Positions 47,112-59,748 of a stretch of 64,000 nt of DNA are shown piece after piece (the stretch's first letter is position 1; each line of letters opens with the position of its first letter). The position numbers were made by a program, and so were the translations under genes. This DNA comes from Macrostomum lignano. Its lineage: Eukaryota. Where the stretch lies: positions 62,001 to 126,000 of the forward strand of contig NIVC01003517.1 in NCBI GenBank assembly GCA_002269645.1, given 5' to 3'. Below the pieces are notes generated by a model that ran no database searches, was not told where the DNA came from, and was given only the letters and a program-made list of their open reading frames with translations.

Positions 47112-47290
47112 CAGAAGCGCAACCAAGGGGGGCAGGGGCGGGGAACACCACCCCCTAGGCAGAGACCTGGAAATCAAAAAGGGGGCCAAGCGCATTTTCA
47201 GCAAAATACAGAACCACCCTCCGCCCACCCCTCTAGGGTCTTTACCCTCCAGAATAGGCCCCCTTCAACAAATTTCTGGATGCGCCACTG
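47112..47290. mobile_element. 179-bp hAT-like MITE
   Basis: Perfect 8-bp TSD CATGAAAA (47104-47111, 47291-47298). Imperfect TIRs CAGAAGCGCAACCA / TGGATGCGCCACTG around a GC-rich interior. Confidence 0.78.
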
Positions 47291-48129
47291 CATGAAAAAG
47301 TATGCTGGGATAAAATCCCAAGCAAAAGAGGAAAAAACATGAGAGAAAGTACAAAAAATTAATGGAGGCGATAATTATTAAAAAAAGAAGAGAGTAGAAA
47401 AGCAAACAAAAAAATCATATTGCTACTGTCATTAGTAAGTGCAGTACATCAAAGGAACTCATGTGTCCTCACACCAGTACTGACTGTCCATCCTCATCAT
47501 ATTTAAGCTTTAATTTCTTCTTGAACAGCTTTAAAATCTGTTTTTCTTTACATCTTAGATTTGCCGAGTTTCTGAATTTAATCACGTGATCCAATTCTAA
47601 GCACTAGGATAGGAGCTAATGCTGATGAAATGTTGATGACCCACGCATTGACGCAAAAAAGCCGTCGTCGTTGGTAGGTAGAACGATCCGCAGCACCCAG
47701 TCAAGCACTGCAGAACGAACAGGAACGGCACAATCGCGTAGGTATCACTTTACATGTGCCTTTAAAGTTTTTAAGCAACAGAAAATTGTTAGAAGAGAAG
47801 TCATTTAGAAAACCAATTTAAAAAAGTAGAAAACATTGCCACTGCTAAACAATAAAAAACAAGAAACACACGTTTTTAGGCTTGATCACCCCCGTCATGT
47901 GATGACTGTTTCGATTTTTAAAAATTTCGTTTTAAAACGAAAACGAAACCGGAAACAAAAAATGTTATACTTTATTTTCGTTTGCTCCATGAAGCTGATT
48001 ACTTTTAGCACTCCTTCAACACACAGTTTACGGTTGAAGTACTTTAACGATGTTGTTTGACGAGGGTATCCAAGTAAACAGTACCAAACCCAACCGACCT
48101 AGTGAGAAAAATTATGATGCACAAGGATA

Positions 48130-48490
48130 TAAGTACGGATGCTTTGTGTACGCCAGAGTGCTGTAGAAACATCCTGTTGAAGTCGAGAATCCATGGAGCA
48201 GTGAGTACATCATTGACATAGGCGAAAGTGCTCACGTCAAAGCCACGAAAGCTGAGCTGTTCGTACTCAATAAGCAACCAGCTTCACTTTATTCATCGGC
48301 TCCAGATGAAAACATGGATGTCAGAGCGTCCATTGACCATCTGTTGAGCAGTGCAGCTTCGCTGTCGTCTGAACAGCAGCGTCAAGTACTACTAACTCAT
48401 TTGAACAGAATTTGAATGCGCTGCTGAGCATACCTGGACTCACTAAATCCATAATCTCATTGACGAGTGGCAGCAGCATTGGTGCAGAAG
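48130..48490 (+). pseudogene. Diverged, inverted fragment of a sacsin-like C-terminal region
   Basis: The plus strand reads GCFVYARVL*KHPVEVENPWSSEYIIDIGESAHVKATKAELF and DVRASIDHLLSSAASLSSEQQRQV. The array copies read GRLVYARVVERHPGGSDNPWTSEFTIKIGEGSKLRVSMSALF and DIATTVDHLLSSAASLPTEQQRQI. Confidence 0.85.
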
Positions 48491-50210
48491 GCTGAGCCTG
48501 TAGCACCAAAATGAGTGCCTTCGGCGCTAAAATTAGCGCAGACAACACCGATACTCAAAATAATGTACAAGTAGGAATCTGTCATGTACACGTAAAATTC
48601 TTGTCTTTAACTCCCCCCCCCACTATAAAATCCATGGCGACACACCTGCGCCAAACTGCTGCTAGACTGCTCGTGAACTGTTGTCACACTTCTACATGTA
48701 CGAGCTACCTTAGAAGTTTGCATCTAGTTGACCCGATTCACTGCCGTCACTTCGTCAATCAGACTCCATCACCCTATTATTAGTTTCATTTTTATCACGC
48801 AGCGGTAACGCGGCTGTCTGACTGTTGACTGTGCTGTTTCACTGTAGCAACACTGTTTTTACAGTCCTGCGCAATGATTGTTACGGAGAGACAATTGAGA
48901 TCACGAAATAAACACACAATTAGGAACCATTGAGACAAAAAACTGAAGAATCGATTAAAACTAAAGTTTGACCAAAAATTTCAGCATTGTTTTGATTGAA
49001 AAAACCACAAACTGAATCGATTTTTTTGCATTTTATTAGTGCAACACTGGTTGAATATTATTTGCTTAAATATAGCCATTGTGCCGAGGCGCGAGAAAAA
49101 AAAACTGGATAAAAACTTAATTGGATAAATATAGTTCAGAATGAACAGAGAGATTAGCGGCTAATGGTTAGCAATGGTTATCAATGATTAATTTTAGGTA
49201 GATCATTATCCACCGCTGAACCGTACATAATGACATTAAGGAGAGCCAACTGCTCAACCCATGACAACGCAAAATGATAAGCAGAGGAAGGCGGTGGATC
49301 AGCACAGAAACTAAGTTTAGCTACAGGTAATCCTTGAAATAAAACATTGATAACCTTATAGCATTATAAAGTAAAGTTGAATTGAAAACTTTATGAATGA
49401 AAACTAGAAAACTATTTTCTATTCTCTAATTTTCATCTTTCAAATATTTTTAAAGGTCATTTTTAGAAATTGGTGGTAGGGAATAAATGAGTGAATTAAA
49501 GATTCAGTAGAAACAAAACTACTCATGCCAGACTGCTGTCACTGTTTGCTCTAACGAGCTGTCGACCGTCTCACACTTATTTCAAGCCTCAAGATTACTG
49601 CCACCTGTTTTATAGAACTACCAAATTACGAGTTGGATCCGTAAAGCATAAAATAAATATGAATCTAATAATAAATATAATAAATATAATAAAATATAAA
49701 ATAAATATGAATAAATATGAATTATATAGTTAATAAATTATATAAACCTACTAACTACTTACTATCTAAGCAGTAGTGTATTGAACAATAGTCCCTTGAA
49801 TAAAAAAGCATAGCATGAATAAATTTAAACTACCAGAGCTGAGCAAAAGGGTATCTGGATACGAACAGACAGTAGCTAATAGTGAACATACAACTGACAG
49901 GCACATCTTAAAAGTACTTTCCTCTTTCCACACGCATCTATAACCTTCCTGACGAGTTATCGCCATTTATTGTTGGCCTTTTGCCTCAGTCAATTGTTTG
50001 TTTGTTGAATAACTTAAATGGAATATTTTAAACAATACAGCAAGCTAAGTGTGAAGTATGCAGCGATAAATATTGGTTCGTAGAAATTGGTCTACCTCTA
50101 AACACCATACTTTTTTATTAAACATAATTAGCACGCATTTCAATTGGACATGTCTCCTGCAGCTGCTCATTGTCATAAACAAAGTTGTATCGCAATTCCT
50201 CACTTGAATC

Positions 50211-50669
50211 CACAGATACTTAAAATAACTAGATAGGCCACTCAGCACATTGTAAACTACTTTGAATTCAGTAGTAAGTTAAACAGAAGCATTTTTATGT
50301 ATTATTAAAGCCGAGGCTAATTTATTGACATCCCACCCAATAAATGAAACCCTTATAAACCCTCCCTCCAAGAGCGCTTTCCACACTACCCTCGCACCGC
50401 CCCAATTTTTATTTCCTTTCTCGAAATTCCAGCCTAAAGCTGCCATGTACGTTTCAGTGGACTGGCTAATGTACATTATTGCTGAACCAATTAGCAAGAG
50501 TGCCCATGCTGTATACACCTGCAGGCATGGGCACCTATTTAAGTCATTTCAGTTGATTTACTTAAAAAAATAGTTTATGCTTTCTTATTTGCTACTGAAC
50601 TGACAGTAGAAAGCTGTTTTGCTAAGTATATATGCCTGAGTGGCTCATCTAGTTATTCTAGTATCTGTG
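50211..50669. mobile_element. MITE family copy B, about 130 bp downstream of the copy 3 stop codon
   Basis: CACAGATACT.. TIRs and an 8-bp TSD CTTGAATC / CTCGAATC. The site is empty in the copy 1 and copy 2 3' flanks. Confidence 0.85.
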
Positions 50670-50799
50670 CTCGAATCCAACAAAAAACACATGACAAGAC
50701 AAAGCAAAAAAGATTTCCCCACCTCCTTCTGCATCGCGCTACACGCGCAAACCAGTTGTCTGCAGAAAAACAAAGCCAACTCAAAGTCCCTCACTCGAG

Positions 50800-53700
50800 T
50801 CATTCGGCAAACTCGGACGAGACGCACCGTTCGACGCCCTCCGCTCCCTGCAGAGCCCGCGCTGCCTGCTCCGCTCCGAAGACCTCCGACGGAACCCGCG
50901 GTCGGCTGCGGTCGCTCGGGTAGCGACAGTCGTCCACCATGGCGCCCGCCAGGTCGGCAACGTGACCGGCCAGGCTGCTCTGCAGGTCGCTGCTCGAGAC
51001 GCAGCTCAGATGCTGGCTCAGCTGGTGGCTGCGCTCGATGGGCTGACCCTGTCTCAGCAGCAATGCCTTCAGCGCCTTCTCAGTAGCCTGCCAGCTGATG
51101 TAGCAGGCCCAGTTGTACTCTCCGGCCTCAGCCAATCGCGCAGCCGAGCGCAGGTCGTGCCGCGCCGTCTTCAGGTACCTCGCCGCATCGTCAGGCGACG
51201 GTTTGGCAAAGTTTGCGCCACCTGAACTGCAGAAAAAGCTGGCAGAACCGCCGCCTCTCGAACTGCCAGACCGGCCAGGGTAGCGGAAAGCGCAGCCACC
51301 GCCGCCGCCGCCACCGCTCCAGCCTCCTCCTCCGTAGCTTCTTGATCGCATGGTGACGACAACTTCCTCTGCGATGAGAATCTGTCGGTACCTGGTAACC
51401 CGAGTTGTCTGCTCGCGCCATCCACCAATGCACTGATCGAACTGTCGGGTCCATCCATGATTAGCAGCGCGCGTTCGCACCTGGTTTAATGACTCATCCG
51501 AGTTCGAGTAGTGAGCCAGTATGCGCTGAAAAATCTGGCGCTGCTGCTCGGTCGGCAGAGAAGCTGCGCTGCTCAGCAGATGATCCACCGTTGTTGCAAT
51601 GTCCTCACCATTATTTTGGTTAGCTTGGGCGAAAGACCGCTCTTCAAAGGAGAACAGCGCAGACATTGAAACTCGTAGTTTCGAACCTTCACCGATTTTA
51701 ATAGTAAACTCGCTAGTCCACGGGTTATCGCTGCCACCAGGGTGTCTTTCCACTACCCGAGCGTAAACAAGTCTTCCATCGTCATTTCTGTAAGCCACAA
51801 TTTGGTTCACAATGTCCCTTGGTCTATCTGGCAGTTGCTTCAGTAGACACTGCTCAAACTCCGGTACAGGTTCACCGAGCACTGAGTCATCGGTTGCGCT
51901 TGGCTCTGCAAACTGCTGCTCACTGGTCTGGTGCAGTGCAATTCCTAGTCCGCGCAGAACGGCCAGCATGCTGTCTGGACTGTCCATAAGAAGCACCTGA
52001 ATCAAATAACTTTTCTGCTCTGGCAAAATGTTGACACCGTAATTCAAAATCTGCATTATAATTTTGATAAAGTCCATCTGCCAGAGCTGCCTTCGGTCAC
52101 CGCTCATCTCGTCCGGAATCGTAGAGTGATTCATGAGAATCCGCTGCCCATCCAGAAAGAAGTTCTTGTCCTGTTCCGAGTCCTGCTGCTCGACACCATC
52201 CAGCAGCAGACACGTGCGCAACTCGGAAAGACACACAACCGAGAAGCGAGATATCAAAGATTTCACTGCAGCCAGTCGCTCGTCTCCTTTGCCAGAAAGA
52301 TCCTTGTTTCCATGCAGCATGATGCTTACGATGCACAGGTGCAGCATTGGGTGGCTCAACTTAGCTTGCAGACCGAGTAGGGTCTCACAGCTCTCACCAT
52401 CGCTGCAAAACTTATTGGTGTCTGAAAGCAGCCTCTCGCTTACGTTGTCGCTCAGTTTCTTCAGGCCCATGTCGGCTGCGAGATGAAAGTACAGCCTCTG
52501 AAGCTTGTCAGTGCCCAGCTTGCAGAAGCTCAGATCAAGGAACTGTACATCCTGTGCATCCACCAATCGATTGTTGTGCGCCTCTGAGTCGTTGATGGTC
52601 AGACACCTGCAGTCCACCAGTTCGAAAGCGGCTTCCGTGCTGCTGTCTTGATGCTGACTTCTTTTAGGCAGGAAGAGCACTCTGTCGGACTCGAACTGGA
52701 GCCTGCCGCCCCGCTCCAGCAGAACTATGATACTCGATAGACAGTGCGACACTGACTTCAGTTGCTCTGCGCGAAGCGAGCCTTGTTGCTCATTCCGAAT
52801 CAGTTCCAATGCAAGTCGAAGTTGCTCGATTGTGGCAGACTCTGTAGCTCCCAGTTTTGCAAACAGCTTGCGGAACTGTGAAAATTCTTGAGGACACTCG
52901 TGAATGTAAGGCAGAATAGCAGAGTTTTTATCTTGAGTAATTCTGCCAGCTGATACAAAAAATGATTTATAGCCTTCGGTTTTGATTAGCACACACGGAA
53001 TATCTTTCAGAAATAGAATTGACTGAACTGCTGTAGAATTCATAATGGTACTCAATCTTGAGTACACGGAATTCATGACATCGCTTCTCAGTGTTGCAAC
53101 TTCGCCTCGAAGATCAGCTGACGTGAAGGTCGCTGCAGAGAAAAGGTTGACAACGTGGCGCAGAAAAATGGCATCAGAAACTGGCATCACTGAGCTTGCA
53201 AAGCAGCTGCCCTGGCCAACACAGCTCGGTCCGTAGGGCATGGCAGTCCAGCACAGGAAGCGAGCCTCGAACAGGGCGCACTGGGACAGACTCGCCATTC
53301 GAATTCGATCGCTCTGACAAAGGCTCTGAAGAGCGCCGTCGCTGTTGGCTACAATAAATTGAATTCCTGCCAGTTGTCGGACTACAGATTCAGTTCTGTC
53401 TATGCGGAACTCATAGCTGTCGATAAACTTGAGCAGAGCTTCCGATTTCTTAGATAACTCATCTGTGATACCAATGGCTCCTTGCGTTTGCAGTTCACTG
53501 GCAAAGCTGATGGCAATTGGAGCCGTGCATTCCAAGATCAGACCGGAAAATTTCATCAGCTTTCTCCATCGCTCTTCATTGTACGGCGTTGGCAAGAAGC
53601 ATTGTGGCTGAAGAAACTTTTTGAAAATTTCAACATTTCCATCATAAAACGTGTTGACGCTCCACCATTGTCCGTCAAACGGAATGAGTTTGGCTGCCCT

Positions 53701-56700
53701 GAGAGACTGACTGAGCATTTGAAACTTGTCAGGGTTCTTCACTTTAACCCTTTCGAAATCCCAGCTCAGCTCGCAAAGTTTTTCGAGATGCTTTTTTCGA
53801 GTATCGTCGGTGAACTTGGAGAACACTGGCAGGATAAACCTCGCATAAACCTCAAGCTCTGCCATCTCGTCGCATTGAAGCTTTGCGTACAGCATCGTGA
53901 GAGACCAGTTTGCCTTCAAGAAGATGGCCTTGCTGGAGCTCTTCCACTCGTCCATCTCATCGGTCACGAGCGATGCCGGTAAGATACAGGCCTGCTCAGA
54001 CTTGAGCGCACAGCAGCGACCATCAGAAGTGACAAACACCGGTAATTGACGCACTCTTGCAAGGAGGTTCTGCTCTCCCATTCTCTTACTTAGCTCTCCC
54101 CAGTTGCTCTGAATGTACACCAAAAAGCTCACAGCCTGCTTCTCTGTGATCGTAGATCTCTCAGCGTTCTCATTTAGAGCGAACTCCATCACTCTCAGCA
54201 TGGACTCGGGCTGTCTGACGTTGCCACACAGACTGCCGACCAGCTTCAAGCCCATCATGCTGAGCGAGGGAGCGTTGAGCTGCTGCAGAGACTCCTCAAC
54301 TGCTTTGCTGCAGTCATCGAGACCGAATCTGATTGGCTCATAAATACAGGGCGCTAGTGAGAGGCTTGCAAAGCGCGACTGGTTTACAGGAATCAGGTGT
54401 GCGCTGCCAGTCCTGAAGAGGATAACGTTTGCATTGGTGCATTCTTATTAGTGCATTTGTTGTCTAGAAACTCCCACACTCGATTCAACCATTGTTCGAG
54501 AAACTCAGCTTCCATTCCGAACTCTGAATTTGGTAAAAAGGCAGAGTCAGTCCTGCAGATTGCAGCATGCTCTCTGTGCAGAAGAGTGCAAAAATCCATC
54601 AGCTGAAACTTTTTGCACAGCTGTTTCTGGATTAAATTGTTTTTCTTATTTTGATCGAGCTGAAACAAAACTTTCTTGTGCACAAACTCGTGCTTTGCTT
54701 CGCTGTGTGAAAACAAGTCGTGGAATTGAGTGAGAAACAGAGGCGTCCGTCCATTGTCAAACTCAGTGAGTCGGTTACCGGCACCTAAATTCAAGGGCAC
54801 TCCGATGAGATGCTGCACTTCGTCTTGCAATTCATCAAGCAGATATTTGAGCAGGCTTACAACGGCCTCTGGTGTTTGAAATGATGACGTGCTCACATCA
54901 CTCGGCAACGAATCTCGAAGTTGCTTGCACGCTGGACCCCTGAGAAATGCGCAAATTGACACAGCATCAGCTACAGGGCTGAACTCCAGCTGGCTCGACT
55001 CAAGCGACTGACGAAGGCCTACATGATCCGGGACCATGATGGGAAATCGCAGTTTACTCAGGATGTTCTGAAGAAACGCGGTCAAATTGTACGGAGTCAA
55101 GAATGCAGCACTACCGCTGACATCACCTGAGCTCTGTGCTAGCGGCAGCCACTTCAGCTGCTTTTCAAGTACAGAGTGCACAGGGAAGATGGCCCATCGA
55201 AATCGAAAGGCGTTTTGGAAGACAAGCTTTGCAAGCTGGCCCCACAGCGTCTGATTGCTTGCGTGGTACTCTGGAAGAAGGCTGTAGAAGTGGTGTACGT
55301 TCTGCACATTCGGATAAACTGTTTTTGCTGCTTCGAGTAGACTGCCATAGCAGTCAGGCAGAAGCTGTGTGGCCAGCACTTGGTTCCATTGCTCCTTGAC
55401 ATCCACAGCTCCATCCGCCTTCCACAGAGATCTGCGCGATGGGTCCAGAATGAAGTGACCGTTCACGTGTACAGGAAGTGCAGTCGTCACAGGCAATGGC
55501 AGCAGACAGTAGACGTGACCTTCAACCCTGCATGTTTCAGTCATGGAAATGGGAGCAGCGACTCCGGTCTTTGGCAAAAGACGCCACTTTCCGGAGGCCA
55601 CTTGCTGCTGCAGCTGTGCGGGCATGTGGTCCAGTCCACCTCCGAGTTTTTGGAAAACGAGCCATCTTTGCTTGAAATTGGTGCCAGTCCCACTAACCGT
55701 AAGTTCGTAGGTGACCGAGCTGACTGGAATGCAGCTTAACTGAGCTCCCCTGCTCCGCAGATGCTGACTGGCAGTTTCGCACGCCTCCTTGTAGTTATCA
55801 AAGCACCCTGATACAGTTTCAACTTCCAACTTGGCGGCAAAAACTGTTGTGAACTTGTTGTCAGGCCATACTTCGGAGAGTTGCACTTCACGGATATTCA
55901 AGAGAAACAAGGCAGTTCGCCCAAGTTCATTCTTGAATTCGTCGAATAGCTGCTTGATATCATCGGCACTTACCGATCGTTCGCATATCCTAGATTTTTT
56001 AGCTGAGCTCACCGTTCTCAATGGCAGTCGAAACACGGTTCCTCCGGTTTGCTTCAAGCTCTCGGACAGTACCCCGCAAATACGTCGCGAAAAGTATATT
56101 TCAAACACTCGACGTTCTTGTACATACCTCCTGGAGAAGCCAAAGTAGCACCAGGCATGTACCCGCAGTGCGGATCCATCACGCAGAAAATCTTTCCATC
56201 GGACAGAAACGAGGGCGCATCCGTGATGTTGTACACACAGTTGAACCCGATGCCGTACTGTCCAGCTTTCCATGCGTCGTCTCGCTTGGACCCGAGACCG
56301 AGATTCTGGATGCCTTCGATGTCCGCATCGGAGAATGTCGAGTCGTTGTAGACAAGAAGCGCAGGTCCCTGCAGCTCCTTCCAGCTGTCACTCAGCACTC
56401 GCTCGGTCCCGTGATGCCGACGATCGATGATGAAGCTGATCTTTGATGCCCCAGCATCGTCCGCATTCTGAATGAGTTCCTTGAAGAGCTCGATTCCAAG
56501 CGGGTATCCGGAAATGATGTTCTGCAGTCTGGTTGTGAGGTCCTCGTGTTGGCCGAAAGGCAGAGGCTGCATCGCTTGAGCCAGCATGCTTTCTCTCTGG
56601 CTTGGAATTCCAAGTTTCTGGCACAGTCCGAAGGAGATGTTTTCGTGGCAGAAGAAGGTCTCATTTGGTAGTTGCACGGACTTCATCCAAGGCAGGTTGT

Positions 56701-59700
56701 TAAAGCACAGTTGTGTGCAGGGTCTCAGAATGCGGCTATGGTCAGGTGCGAGCAAGCTCTCAGTCGCCAAGGTTTCATCCTGACGGCGGCTAATCTGGTC
56801 GAGTATTTTCAGGCTCAAATCTAAATCGCCAGGTATTAGTGGTGCCGAGGAGTAACGCTGAGAAAGAAGTTTAAGCACACCTGCATAGTGCGATGCCGCG
56901 AAATTTTCATTGACTCCAGCTGCCCTGAAGAAGCTTTCGCACTGAATGCCGCTTAGTTCGGAAGGCAAAACATGAAGAAATGGCTCGAATCCCGCATCAG
57001 ATCTCGACAGACTTACTTGAGCAGGCGTAATGAAACCTGATGGGGACCAAATAATGTTCGGAGTCTGAGTCACTATGCCAAGAACCATTTGGCTATTGAG
57101 CCGTCGGTTGGAGATTTGGGCACTGAGGTGTCGATAAACGCACCGGCTCACTCGCAGAGTTTCTTCATTGCCAGCTTGGGTGCCGGCCAGAGCTACCAGC
57201 TGCTTCCAAGCCACCTCATTGGTGACGTAACTCACGTTCAAAACTCCGATTTGAGCCAAAAGATCTTGTCTGCTTGATGAGGCAACATCACGCAGCACCG
57301 TCTCGTCCAAAATAAGGTATGAAGCCGAAACGAGATCTTTGCAGCTGGCATCAAACAGCTGACAAGGCTGGAAAAGTTGCGTTTTTGGATGCCGATCTGA
57401 AAGCCAGACAAGGCAACTGTTATTAAGCTTCTTCAAGGCAGGTAGAAATGCTACGTTTCTCAGCTGACTAATCGGCTGGTTTGAAAACCGAGAGCGGAAC
57501 GAATCCAAGTAGGAAAGCAGCAACACTGTGCGCTCGGTTCTCTGAGGCTCGGAAAGCTCAGCAACTGACTGAGCGCGACTCAGCAACTCGGCCCAATTGA
57601 GATCCGCGCGAAGCCCGACTGTGCGGAGCGCTCTCAGCTGATCCGGTGTCTGCAGGTCACTGTGAGGAAACATGCTTGCGTTCATTTCAAACAGCCTTGC
57701 AGCCTGACTGCTGGTGTCCAGAAGCTGCACAGGCTGACACAAGGCGTTTCCAACGTTAGGAATGCAATAAGACTGCTTTAATGAATTCAAAACCTTTTGA
57801 GTAACAAGTCTAGAAGCGGAGCTCCAGTCTGCATTGCCTCCACCACTGATAATATCCAGCATGAATTTCAGCGCTCCAAAGCAGTCCTCAGAGTAGCCCG
57901 ACTGCCACAAGCGAGACATGTTCGGCACCAAATTAAGCAGCAGGGTCTCGCCCGACCATTGACGCTGCAAAATCTTGTTCGTCAGTCCCAGCTGCTCCAC
58001 AGTTCGTCGAACTCCATCGGTCAACGATGCTACACCTTCGTGCTGACCCACGAGTCTCGTGGCGAGTCGACTCAAACAATCTGAAATCCCAGCCAGTGAC
58101 AGGATGCTGGGATCCAGAAACACCGTGTGTCCCAAACTCTTCCACCCAGCTGATGTGTGAAAGATTGGCGTCTGACCGTCAAGCATGGAGGCGTAGAACT
58201 TCTCAATAAGCGGCCTCCACACTGACTGAGTAGCTCTGTCGAATCGAGGCCACAGCTCTTGCGAAATCTCTGCATTCACCAAAGACATTCCACTTAGAAT
58301 CTTCAGAGCGTCGATGTAGGCAGGACAAATGACGTCTGTGAGCAGCACTCGGTTCCACTCGCCGAGACTCCACACGCCCTGCTTTTCGTCGACCGTGACC
58401 TCGTTGAGGTGTCGTCGGCTCGAGGTGACGGAGAAGCTCGCGTTCAGCATCACTGGAATGGATTTTCGACAGGCAGCGGTAGGAAACAGAACAGCAGCGA
58501 GGCCGGCTGTGTGTCACGTGAAAGAGGCACGATCCTGTGAGACTGCTCGATGGGCAGCGCCACGGCTCCCACAGGCGCCAGTCCGAGACGACGCTGCTCC
58601 AACGCGACAGCGAGCGACTGCCCAGTACCGACAGCAGCGCACACGAGCCACACTCTGGTGGAGGCGACTGTGCTGATCTGGAACTGGTCTTGAGCGGAGT
58701 CTCCAAGCTGAACCTCTACCTCGACAGTCGCTTGACAGCGATGCTCTTGATTTTGTCCTGGCCGTCCTTGAGTAGCAGATTCGATCAGAGCTTCGGCTAC
58801 CTTGAGAATGGAGCTCTGAGCAGCGAACTCTTGATCCGCCTGTGACATTCCTGATATTGGTAGCGGTGGCAGTGCAATGGCATGTCGCTGGAAATATTTG
58901 AGAGGCCTTTTGTGAGCGAAGAACACGAGTCGCGTTTGCTTTGAAGGATCGGTCGCATTGGACGGCAGGAACAGACACCGGAATGTTCGCACTGTCTGGG
59001 TGAACAAAAGCATAGCGTCAGCTTGCTCTGCAGCGAGTCGCAACAAGCCACGAATCTCCGAGTCAGAGTACACGCGATCGCAGATCTTCGACTTCGCTGC
59101 CTGAGCCTCAGTGCGCAGTGGAAGACGCAGCAGCGTGCCGGCGAAGTTTCCTGCATCTGCTTGCAGATTGCAGCCTGAGACCCCAGCGAACGGTGCAAAC
59201 TGGTTGGCGTACCGATCCAGCAGACTCGGCTGTGCTTGAAAGTCGAGCTCAACTCCAGTGTCCCTGTCCCCGTGACTCGCGTACACCGCCTCCAAGTAGC
59301 CCTCGCCCCTGCGCTCACCGTGCGGGTCGAGGATCAGCATTCGGTGCCGACTGAAGATCTGCGGCACGTCAGTCAGGTTGTACACCGAGTTGAAGCCCAG
59401 ACCGAAGCGACCGACCTTGGCGGTCTTCTCCAGCTTGGTGGCTCCGCTCAGCTGCAGGATGTTGTCGAAGTCCTCGTCGCTGAAGGTGGCGTTGTTGAAG
59501 GCCCACAGCGTCCGTCCCTGACAGTCGGCCATGGCCGGGTCGAGCAGCGACTCGGAGCCGCGCCAGTCGGAGTTCTCGCGACAGTCGTAGAGCAGCGTGA
59601 CCTCGGTGGCGCCCGCGTCGTCAGCGTTCTGCAGCAGCTCCTTGGGCACCGCGAGACCGTCAGAGTACTCGTCGAGCAGTCGCTTGAGTCGTCGGGTGAG

Positions 59701-59748
59701 TGGCTCAGACTGGCCGCGCAGGCGCAGGCCGTCGGAGGTCTGGGCCAT
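50800..59748 (-). CDS. SACS: Sacsin-like copy 3 (~2983 aa if three 1-bp deletions are corrected); pseudogene or assembly-damaged gene
   Basis: Four consecutive ORFs (58450-59901, 56054-58453, 54393-56273, 50800-54258) tile the full protein. The breaks at ~58457, ~56064 and ~54407 are each one missing base in a short run. No in-frame stops are present. Confidence 0.88.
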
